Source of the DNA: Patescibacteria group bacterium
Lineage (GTDB): Bacteria; Patescibacteriota; Microgenomatia; PFEM01; JAHIFH01
Direction of reading: 5' to 3'
NCBI GenBank assembly: GCA_035529375.1
Contig: DATKWU010000009.1
Coordinates: 289,111 to 353,110, forward strand
DNA: 64,000 nt
Shown here: positions 1-7,521 of the stretch, in pieces
Layout: each line of letters opens with the position of its first letter
How positions within the stretch are numbered: position 1 is the first letter of the stretch
Notes under the pieces: generated by a model
Databases searched by the model: none
The model's input: the letters and a program-made list of their open reading frames with translations, nothing else
What the model was told of the DNA's origin: nothing
Translations under genes and position numbers: made by a program

Positions 1-521
1 GTTAGAGTCACTTCTTTTTGTTTTTGAAAGCGTGGCAAGCCAAATTTAACCACTAAAAAAACAAGACCAATTACTACAATTAAACCTAAAATAATAGGCA
101 AAATCTTTTTTAATCCCCCTAAAGGAGATTTACTTTGAGAGTGATAAGCTTGGACCGGACCCGAAGGCTCTTCTGGGATTTCTTCAGGAGGAGATTCAAC
201 TGGAGCTTCAACTAAAGGTGGAACATTAGGAATTGGTATTTCTACTGGCGGTGTTTCTGGTAAAGAGGGTTCGGTTGACAGATCAGTTTCTTCTGGAACT
301 TCAGTCGTTTCGGGAATTTCAGTCATTGTCTCCTTCGGTAATTCTTCTGCCCCGAGTGCTGGAGTAATTTCAACTGCGGGTCTCTCTTCCTTCAAAGCTT
401 CGGCTAAATCAGTCTCCTCTCCCGATTTTTCCTCTTCTCTTTGCCAGGGGGGCTTCACATTTGAACTTGAATCCGGAAATGGCTTTTCTCCAAAAGTTCG
501 ATCTTGGTTTGGGTCAGGCAT
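1..521 (-). CDS. Partial ORF (runs off the window start): Pro/Glu-rich protein with a C-terminal hydrophobic anchor
   Basis: ATG at 519-521 on the minus strand (MPDPNQDRTFGEKPF...). The frame stays open to position 1. Composition is acidic/proline-rich (PETPPVEIPIPNVPPLVEAP), then a hydrophobic stretch (ILPIILGLIVVIGLVFLVV). It is absent from the ORF track, presumably because it is incomplete. Confidence 0.35.
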   Translation of the reverse strand, partial: MPDPNQDRTFGEKPFPDSSSNVKPPWQREEEKSGEETDLAEALKEERPAVEITPALGAEELPKETMTEIPETTEVPEETDLSTEPSLPETPPVEIPIPNVPPLVEAPVESPPEEIPEEPSGPVQAYHSQSKSPLGGLKKILPIILGLIVVIGLVFLVVKFGLPRFQKQKEVTL

Positions 522-544
522 ATCTTAATGTTATCATATAAAAA

Positions 545-2296
545 ATGAAGAACAAATTGCAAGCCATCCGTTTAAGGCTCTTATTCTCAATTATTTTGGC
601 GATGATTGCCTTTTTGAGTTTGGTTTTTATTAGTTATCACCTTGCTTATTGGCAAAAGATTTATCCAGGCGTAACTGTCCTTGATCAATCTGTTGGTAAC
701 CAAAATTTAGAGACTGCTAATTTCACTATCAGCCGGATTATTAATCAAGCTAGCCCTAGTGCTAACTTGACCCTAACCCTAGAAGAACGAACTTGGTCGC
801 TAGAATTAAGGGATCTCCAATACCAACCAGAAAAAACAGCCGAAAAAGCCTGGCAAATTGGTCGGAGCAACAATCCTCTGAAAAATCTCCAAGAAAAATA
901 TGAGGCCTGGATGGGTAAAATTAACCTTCCTTTGGAATATTCACTAGACAACGCTGTTCTTGATGAACAATTAGACCAAATCGCTGATCAGGTCTTTGTC
1001 CCGATGATCGAGCCGGCGATTAAAATAGACGCCCAAAAGCAAATTCAGATTGAACCTGGAAAATCAGGTTTAAACTTAGATAAAACCAGTTTATCTTCAA
1101 CGGTTAACTCTCAATTAACTTATTTGAACTTTGAATCCATTGGATTGCTAACAATTCAGGCTTCTCCCCAACTAACTGAAAAACAGATAGAAGAAACTCG
1201 ATCCCGAGCCGAAAAATTCCTTAATAAAAAACTCATCCTTATTAACAATGAAATGACTTGGGAATTAGATGATGAACAACTTATTCAACTACTTTCCTTT
1301 ACTAATGGTTTCAACCAAGAAAAGATTGCCAGCTGGTCAGCCAATCTTGCTTCAGCCATCAACCATCCACCTCAAAACGCGGCTTTTGAGTTCAATCAAG
1401 GCCGAGTCACCCAATTTCGAGCCGCTAAAGATAGTCTCAATCTTGAAGAACAAAAAACCATTGATTTGATTGCTCATTCTTTAACCGAATTGGAAAATAA
1501 TAAAGAAACAATCACGACTCAACTCCCGATTATCACCACGCCACCCCAAATTGCTACGGCCGAAGTTAACAATCTTGGTATTCAGCAATTAGTTGGTCGG
1601 GGTATCTCTTATTTCCGAGGTTCAATCAGTTCTCGAATTCACAACATCCAATTAGCGGCTTCGAGATTAAATGGCCTCCTGGTTGCCCCGGATGAAACTT
1701 TTTCCTTTAATCAATCCTTGGGTGAGGTTTCACCAACTACTGGTTTTCAACAAGCTTATATTATTAAAGAAGGTCGGACAGTTCTGGGCGATGGCGGTGG
1801 AGTTTGCCAAGTCTCCACCACTCTTTTTCGAGCCGCTTTAGATGCTGGCCTACCCATTATTGAACGCCAGGCTCATGCTTATCGCGTCGGCTATTATGAA
1901 CAAAATTCGACCGTCGGTTTGGATGCGACCGTCTTTGATCCAACGGCTGACTTAAAATTTAAGAACGATACCCCCGCCTACTTATTAATTCAGACTCAAA
2001 CTGACACTAAAAACCAAAAATTAACCTTTGAACTCTATGGAACCTATGATGGCCGAGTCACAACCATCTCCGAATCAAGAATTTGGGACCAAATCCCACC
2101 TCCCCCTGATCTTTATCAGGATGATCCTACTCTCCCGGCTGGCCGAATAAAACAGATTGATTGGCAAGCCTGGGGCGCGAAAGTTGCTTTTGACTATCGG
2201 GTTGAACATAACGGAGAAACTCTTCAAGACCGAACCTTTTATTCTAACTATCGTCCTTGGCAAGCAATTTACCTTCGGGGTACCGGCAATCAGTAA
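545..2296 (+). CDS. VanW-family protein with an N-terminal TM anchor
   Basis: N-terminal TM (LLFSIILAMIAFLSLVFISY). VanW-domain signature GDGGGVCQVSTTLFRAALDAGLPIIERQAHAY. Confidence 0.7.
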   Translation: MKNKLQAIRLRLLFSIILAMIAFLSLVFISYHLAYWQKIYPGVTVLDQSVGNQNLETANFTISRIINQASPSANLTLTLEERTWSLELRDLQYQPEKTAEKAWQIGRSNNPLKNLQEKYEAWMGKINLPLEYSLDNAVLDEQLDQIADQVFVPMIEPAIKIDAQKQIQIEPGKSGLNLDKTSLSSTVNSQLTYLNFESIGLLTIQASPQLTEKQIEETRSRAEKFLNKKLILINNEMTWELDDEQLIQLLSFTNGFNQEKIASWSANLASAINHPPQNAAFEFNQGRVTQFRAAKDSLNLEEQKTIDLIAHSLTELENNKETITTQLPIITTPPQIATAEVNNLGIQQLVGRGISYFRGSISSRIHNIQLAASRLNGLLVAPDETFSFNQSLGEVSPTTGFQQAYIIKEGRTVLGDGGGVCQVSTTLFRAALDAGLPIIERQAHAYRVGYYEQNSTVGLDATVFDPTADLKFKNDTPAYLLIQTQTDTKNQKLTFELYGTYDGRVTTISESRIWDQIPPPPDLYQDDPTLPAGRIKQIDWQAWGAKVAFDYRVEHNGETLQDRTFYSNYRPWQAIYLRGTGNQ

Positions 2297-2318
2297 AATA
2301 AATTATAATAGCAAAAAA

Positions 2319-3314
2319 ATGAAGATCTTAGGTATTGAAACTAGTTGTGACGAAACAGCGGCAGCCGTAGTCGAAAACGGCACTAAAATCCTTTCAAACG
2401 CAGTTGCTTCTTCGATCGAACTTCATCAAAAAACAGGTGGGATCATTCCCGAAGTAGCTGCCCGAGAACAAGTTCGGTGTATTATTCCGATTATCAAAGA
2501 AAGTCTCAAAAACAGTCAAGAAATTGATGCTTTAGCCGTAACTGTTGGCCCAGGTTTGATTGGTTCTCTTTTAGTCGGCGTCGAAACCGCTAAAACCTTA
2601 GCCTATGTTTGGAAAAAACCAATTATTCCCGTTAATCATCTCCAGGCGCACCTCTACGCTAATTGGTTAGAAAAAAAGAAACCTCAATTTCCAGCTATTG
2701 GTCTAGTTGTTTCTGGCGGCCACACTGATTTAGTTCTCTTAAAAAACCATACCAAAATAAAATGGCTTGGTGGTACCCGTGATGATGCGGCTGGTGAATG
2801 TTTTGATAAAACTGCTCGTCTTCTTAATTTAGGTTACCCTGGCGGTCCTAAAATCGCTAAATTAGCGGAAAAAGGTAATCCTCAAGCTTATGATTTACCC
2901 AGACCAATGATGAGACAGGAGAATTTGGATTGTTCTTTTTCTGGTTTAAAAACTGCGGTTATTAATCTTAAAAGAAAAGAGAAAAAAATTAACAAAGCTA
3001 ACTTAGCCGCTTCTATTCAACAAGCAATTATTGATGTTTTGGTTAAAAAAACAATCAGAGCAACAAGAAAACACCAAGTTAAAAGTGTTCTTCTCGCTGG
3101 GGGTGTAGCAGCTAATAAACAATTGCGAGAACAAATGGAAGTCGAAATCTCTAAATTAAAACCCCGGGTTAAATTTTTTGTCCCCTCACCCCAACTTTGC
3201 ACTGATAATGCTGCCTATATTGCTGCCCAGGCTTTTTTTAATTACCAACCTCTTCCTTGGCAAAAAATCCAAGCCAATCCTAGTCTCAGTATCGAAGAAG
3301 CTACTTCTTCTTAA
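2319..3314 (+). CDS. tsaD: tRNA N6-adenosine threonylcarbamoyltransferase TsaD (Kae1/Gcp family)
   Basis: MKILGIETSCDETAAAVVENG... plus GVAANKQLRE motifs. The track ORF starts at 2157 inside the upstream gene; the homologous N-terminus begins at ATG 2319. Confidence 0.9.
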   Translation: MKILGIETSCDETAAAVVENGTKILSNAVASSIELHQKTGGIIPEVAAREQVRCIIPIIKESLKNSQEIDALAVTVGPGLIGSLLVGVETAKTLAYVWKKPIIPVNHLQAHLYANWLEKKKPQFPAIGLVVSGGHTDLVLLKNHTKIKWLGGTRDDAAGECFDKTARLLNLGYPGGPKIAKLAEKGNPQAYDLPRPMMRQENLDCSFSGLKTAVINLKRKEKKINKANLAASIQQAIIDVLVKKTIRATRKHQVKSVLLAGGVAANKQLREQMEVEISKLKPRVKFFVPSPQLCTDNAAYIAAQAFFNYQPLPWQKIQANPSLSIEEATSS

Positions 3315-3858
3315 TTAAAAAAAGACCTAATTTGGGCAAAGCCAAACTGACTTCTAAGTTTAGGTTTTTAAGTTTAGTAGTCCACCAATTTGATTTTTTA
3401 ACATTAACATGCGTTGAGTCTAAAAGATAATGCTTACCCTCAAAAGGATTATCTTTAACGCAGATTTGAAGTAAAACATATTTCTGAGAAACCCGCAAAA
3501 GTTCTTTTAAAGCAAAATCTGTCCTCTTAACTTCGATATGTTCCATTAAGGCTAGACAAGTTACTACTTCAAACTGACTGTTTTTAAAAGGCAGTTTCAA
3601 GATATCCCCTATTTGACACCGGGCTTGAACAATTGGTTTTGCTTTTACAAATCCTTGAGAACTAATATCCACACCAAGAGCTTCAATTTTCCATTTCAAC
3701 GCCCATTTAACTAGCTTTCCCTCAGCACAACCCACATCAAGTAAATTTTTTGGTCTCAAGAATAATTTAATAAAAATGACATAAAAACAACTTTTAATCC
3801 CAGAAAAAAGAGGATTTCTTCTCTCAAAATAGGCTTGATTATAGCTTTTCCCTTTCAC
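3301..3858 (-). CDS. Class I SAM-dependent methyltransferase (small)
   Basis: Motif I LDVGCAEGKL, then VDIS and ALMEHIE. The track ORF extends to 4077 and overlaps the valS start; the extension has no recognisable features. The true start is probably internal (a GTG at 3858 gives a ~186-aa product); start uncertain. Confidence 0.55.
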   Translation of the reverse strand: MKGKSYNQAYFERRNPLFSGIKSCFYVIFIKLFLRPKNLLDVGCAEGKLVKWALKWKIEALGVDISSQGFVKAKPIVQARCQIGDILKLPFKNSQFEVVTCLALMEHIEVKRTDFALKELLRVSQKYVLLQICVKDNPFEGKHYLLDSTHVNVKKSNWWTTKLKNLNLEVSLALPKLGLFLIKKK

Positions 3859-3921
3859 TATAAATAGTTTAGCAGGCTTGAGACCAAGAACAAAGTCAGC
3901 TATAATTAGTCCAGCAAGTTT

Positions 3922-6132
3922 ATGGATAAAAATTACCAACCTCAAAAAGTTGAAAAGAAAATCTATCAATTTTGGGAAAAAAGTGGCTTTTTTACGCCTA
4001 AAATTGAACCCAAAAAGAAACCTTTTACCATTCTTCTTCCTTTGCCCAACGCTAATGATCCTCTCCACATGGGACACGCTATCTTTACGGTAGAAGATAT
4101 TTTAACCAGGTATCATCGAATGTTAGGTGAACCTACCCTTTGGCTGCCAGGGGGTGATCACGCAGGAATTGAAACCCAATTTGTTTTTGAAAAAGAACTG
4201 GCAAAAAAAGGTAAAAGCCGTTTTGACTTCGATAGAGAAACACTTTACAGAATGATTGCCGATTTTGCAGAGAAAAATCGAGATATCAACAAAAAGGAAT
4301 TAAGAAAGATGGGTTTTTCCCTTGACTGGACAAGATACCACTATAGTCTTGAACCCGAGATTATCGAGATTGTTTTTAAAACCTTCAGAAAATTACATCA
4401 AGATGATTTGATTTATCGAGGAGAGAGAATCGTTAATTACTGCACCCATTGTGGCACAGCTTTTTCCAATTTAGAAGTTAAATACAAAGAAAAGAGAGAT
4501 CATCTTTATTACCTTGATTATGGGCCTCTTCAGATTGCCACTACCAGACCAGAGACAATTTTTGCTGATGTTGCTGTCGCAGTCCATCCCGAAGACAAAA
4601 GATATAAAAAAATTACTGGGAAAAAGGCTACTATTCCCTTAATTAATAAAAAAATCCCGATTATAACCGATAAGGTCATTGATATTAAGTTTGGTACTGG
4701 GGCTTTAAAAGTAACGCCTGGCCACGATCAAATTGACTTTGAGATCGGCCAAAGGAATAACTTAAAAATTATCAAGGTCATCAATCAAGAGGGAAAAATG
4801 ATTAATCTTCCCAAAAAATACTTGGACATGAACATTAGTCAGGCTCGAGAAGAAACAGTTAAAGATCTGAAAAAAGAAAAAAAATTAGTAAAAACCGTAC
4901 CTCTCAAGCATATGGTAAGTTTTTGTTATCGATGTGGGACCACAATCGAACCACTGACCATGCCCCAATGGTTTGTTAAAACCAAACCCCTGGCCAAGCC
5001 TATTATTAAAGCAGTCAAAGAGGGTAAAACTAAAATTGTTCCTAAAAAACGGTTCGAGAAAATGTACTTTGACTGGATGGAGAATATCTACGACTGGAAT
5101 ATTAGCCGGCAAATTGTTTGGGGACCAAGAATCCCTGCCTGGTACTGCCTAGACTGTAATCCCGAGATAGTCATCGATTTTCTCGACAAAAAAAATAAAA
5201 AGACCTCAGGTAAATATAAGGATTTAAAAGAAGTGTTCAGCTTTACTGAAATCAAAAAAGGCCTTCAACAATTAATTGCTCCTAAAGAGGCGTCTTATTC
5301 ATTAGATAACCAGTTTTGCGAAAAATGTAAAGGTAAAAATATTCTTCAGGAAACAGACACTTTTGATACGTGGTTTCTATCTGGACAGTGGCCTATTTCT
5401 ACCTTAGGTTTTCCTGATAGTCAAGATTTTAAGTATTTTTATCCGACTTCTGTCTTAGATACACTTTGGGATATTCTTTTTTTCTGGGTAGCGCGAATGA
5501 TGATGCTTGGTTTTTACATGACCAAAGAGGTTCCCTTCCGCGTAGTTCATCTTCATGCGCGAGTGGTGGATGAACACGGACAAAAGATGAGCAAAAGCAA
5601 AGGGAATGTTATCAGCCCAACAGATATGATCGAAGAATATGGGGCCGACGCTTTAAGAATGGCCCTGACAGTTGGAGTTTCGCCAGGAAGTGACGTGGTT
5701 CTCTCCGATAATAAAGTTAGAGCCATGAGAAATTTTGCTAACAAAATCTGGAATGCCAGTCGGTTTATCTTATCCTACAAAGGAGAGGTTAAAAAAGACA
5801 AGAAAAATAAAGATGATCTGTGGATTTTAGGCGAATTGGAGAAAACTAACAAAAAAGTAACTAATCTAATTAATCGTTACCGTTTTGATCTGGCATCTGA
5901 AGAAATTTATCATTTCTTCTGGCATACCTTTTGTGATCAATATTTGGAAATGAGTAAAAAACGACGTGATGAAGCCCAGCCTACCCTGCTTTATACTCTG
6001 GAAACCAGTCTTAAACTCCTCCACCCTTTTATGCCCTTTATCACTGAGGAAATCTATCAACGTCTACCAAAACATAATCAAGCTCTTATTATCGAAAAAT
6101 GGCCAAAATTCCAAAAGGACTCAAAAAAGTAA
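3922..6132 (+). CDS. valS: Valine--tRNA ligase (short form, 736 aa)
   Basis: Class I aaRS HIGH-type motif PNANDPLHMGHA and KMSKS (KMSKSKGNVISP). ValS-type DTWFLSGQWPISTLGFP. Shorter than typical ValS; the C-terminal coiled-coil appears absent. Confidence 0.85.
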   Translation: MDKNYQPQKVEKKIYQFWEKSGFFTPKIEPKKKPFTILLPLPNANDPLHMGHAIFTVEDILTRYHRMLGEPTLWLPGGDHAGIETQFVFEKELAKKGKSRFDFDRETLYRMIADFAEKNRDINKKELRKMGFSLDWTRYHYSLEPEIIEIVFKTFRKLHQDDLIYRGERIVNYCTHCGTAFSNLEVKYKEKRDHLYYLDYGPLQIATTRPETIFADVAVAVHPEDKRYKKITGKKATIPLINKKIPIITDKVIDIKFGTGALKVTPGHDQIDFEIGQRNNLKIIKVINQEGKMINLPKKYLDMNISQAREETVKDLKKEKKLVKTVPLKHMVSFCYRCGTTIEPLTMPQWFVKTKPLAKPIIKAVKEGKTKIVPKKRFEKMYFDWMENIYDWNISRQIVWGPRIPAWYCLDCNPEIVIDFLDKKNKKTSGKYKDLKEVFSFTEIKKGLQQLIAPKEASYSLDNQFCEKCKGKNILQETDTFDTWFLSGQWPISTLGFPDSQDFKYFYPTSVLDTLWDILFFWVARMMMLGFYMTKEVPFRVVHLHARVVDEHGQKMSKSKGNVISPTDMIEEYGADALRMALTVGVSPGSDVVLSDNKVRAMRNFANKIWNASRFILSYKGEVKKDKKNKDDLWILGELEKTNKKVTNLINRYRFDLASEEIYHFFWHTFCDQYLEMSKKRRDEAQPTLLYTLETSLKLLHPFMPFITEEIYQRLPKHNQALIIEKWPKFQKDSKK

Positions 6133-6710
6133 AAATTCAACCAGTTAAGCCCTGGTTCGCTAACAAGATTACTGAAGCCAGAAAGCTGAGTGAACATCGA
6201 GCGGCAAGGGCAGCCCGCCGCTGGGGCGCCCCTACGGGTGTGGCTATCCTAATTTTGATTATCCTTGGTTCTCTCTTTACTCCTAAAGATAATTTCCAAA
6301 AGGCTAAAGATAATCTCCTTAAAAACCCTAAAGATTTCCAAGCCCAGATTACCCTAGCGGAAACACTTCTCGCCAATAACCAATTTGAGGAAGCAGAAAA
6401 AACCCTTCTTTTAGCAGAAAGCCAAATGAAACAGACTAATGAACAAATTCTCGGTGAGCAAACTAATTTAAAACTCGAAGAACTTTGGCAGAAAAAATCT
6501 TACTCAGATCCAAATGATATTGAAAAACTCATTGCGGCTTGGGAAAAAATTATTGAAGAGAAATCTGATTACCGTGACGGTTATCTTCAACTCGCTTATC
6601 TTTATTATCAACTTTACGAGAACGAAAAAGCAGAAAAGTATCTTAAAAAAGCGATTGAGTTAGATCTGAATTATCAACCGGCAAGAGCGCTTGAGAAGTT
6701 AATCCAATAA
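6099..6710 (+). CDS. TM-anchored TPR-like repeat protein
   Basis: Single TM (GVAILILIILGSLF), then TPR-like helical repeats (LAETLLANNQFEEAEK..., YLQLAYLYYQLYENEKAEKYLKKAIELD). Confidence 0.5.
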   Translation: MAKIPKGLKKVKIQPVKPWFANKITEARKLSEHRAARAARRWGAPTGVAILILIILGSLFTPKDNFQKAKDNLLKNPKDFQAQITLAETLLANNQFEEAEKTLLLAESQMKQTNEQILGEQTNLKLEELWQKKSYSDPNDIEKLIAAWEKIIEEKSDYRDGYLQLAYLYYQLYENEKAEKYLKKAIELDLNYQPARALEKLIQ

Positions 6711-6718
6711 TCAATCTT

Positions 6719-7465
6719 TTATTTATTATCTGATTCTTGACTCTTTTCTTTTTTTGCTGAGGTTTCTGGTTCTTTAGAGGGTTGTTTTTCTTTTTCCTCT
6801 CCGACTGGTTGCTTGGTCTCTTCTTCAGATGGTTTCTCTTCAACTTCTACTCCGACTGAGACTTCCTCTTCAGGTGGCGGGGCAATTTCCTCCTCTTCCG
6901 CTAGTGGTTCAATCTTAGCTAAAACTTCTTTCTCTAAAACTAATATTTTGATTCCTTTTGGTACCTTTAGGTCGGCGACAGAGACAACGTCATCTACTTT
7001 TTCTAAACTCGAAACGTCTAACTCTAACTTATCGGGTAATTCAGCAGGTAAAGCTTCAACTTCTACTTCAGTTAAGGGCTGAATTAAAATCCCTATTTTC
7101 CCTTTAACGGCAGGCGCTTCGCCGACCAATTCAATCGGGACTTCTATAGTTACTTTCTCTTTCAAATCTACTTGATAAAAATCTACATGAAGGGGCCGAT
7201 CGGTCACCGGATCGAGCTGAACATTATGAATTAGAATCGGACGAAACGTCTTTTCATCTTTGATCTTGAGTTTAACAATCCCTGTTTCTCCTGTTTCCCT
7301 ATAGGTATCAAGGAATAACTTGAGGTTAAGCTGAACAGCTAAAGACTTGACCTTCTTACCATAAATATTCGCAGGTAATAAATCCCCTTTTCGCAAGGAT
7401 TTAACTTTTCGACCAACAACTTTCCGTTTTTCGGCACTTAATTTTATTTCTTCTTTTTTCGCCAT
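6719..7465 (-). CDS. rplY: 50S ribosomal protein L25 / general stress protein Ctc with an acidic/Pro-rich C-terminal extension
   Basis: MAKKEEIKLSAEKRKVVGRKVKSLRKGDLLPANIYGK... is typical L25/Ctc. C-terminal low-complexity tail EEEEIAPPPEEEVSVGVEVEEKPSEEE... Confidence 0.85.
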   Translation of the reverse strand: MAKKEEIKLSAEKRKVVGRKVKSLRKGDLLPANIYGKKVKSLAVQLNLKLFLDTYRETGETGIVKLKIKDEKTFRPILIHNVQLDPVTDRPLHVDFYQVDLKEKVTIEVPIELVGEAPAVKGKIGILIQPLTEVEVEALPAELPDKLELDVSSLEKVDDVVSVADLKVPKGIKILVLEKEVLAKIEPLAEEEEIAPPPEEEVSVGVEVEEKPSEEETKQPVGEEKEKQPSKEPETSAKKEKSQESDNK

Positions 7466-7521
7466 AGCAAGCTCCTATCTTAGCATCCTTCTCCGCTCAA
7501 AACAAGAGTTAAGGAAAACCC

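Noticed and set aside
2157-2318. Long N-terminal extension of tsaD in the track (start 2157)
   Set aside because: The extension overlaps the VanW gene 3' end. The conserved TsaD N-terminus MKILGIETSCDE begins at ATG 2319.
3859-4077. N-terminal 73 codons of the methyltransferase ORF (track start 4077)
   Set aside because: They overlap the valS start and promoter region on the opposite strand. They contain no recognisable domain; the methyltransferase fold begins downstream. An internal start is preferred, though the choice is uncertain.
6813-7082. Ser/Thr-rich 89-aa plus-strand ORF
   Set aside because: It is the antisense of the acidic/Pro-rich tail of L25. The low-complexity mirror translation keeps the frame open.
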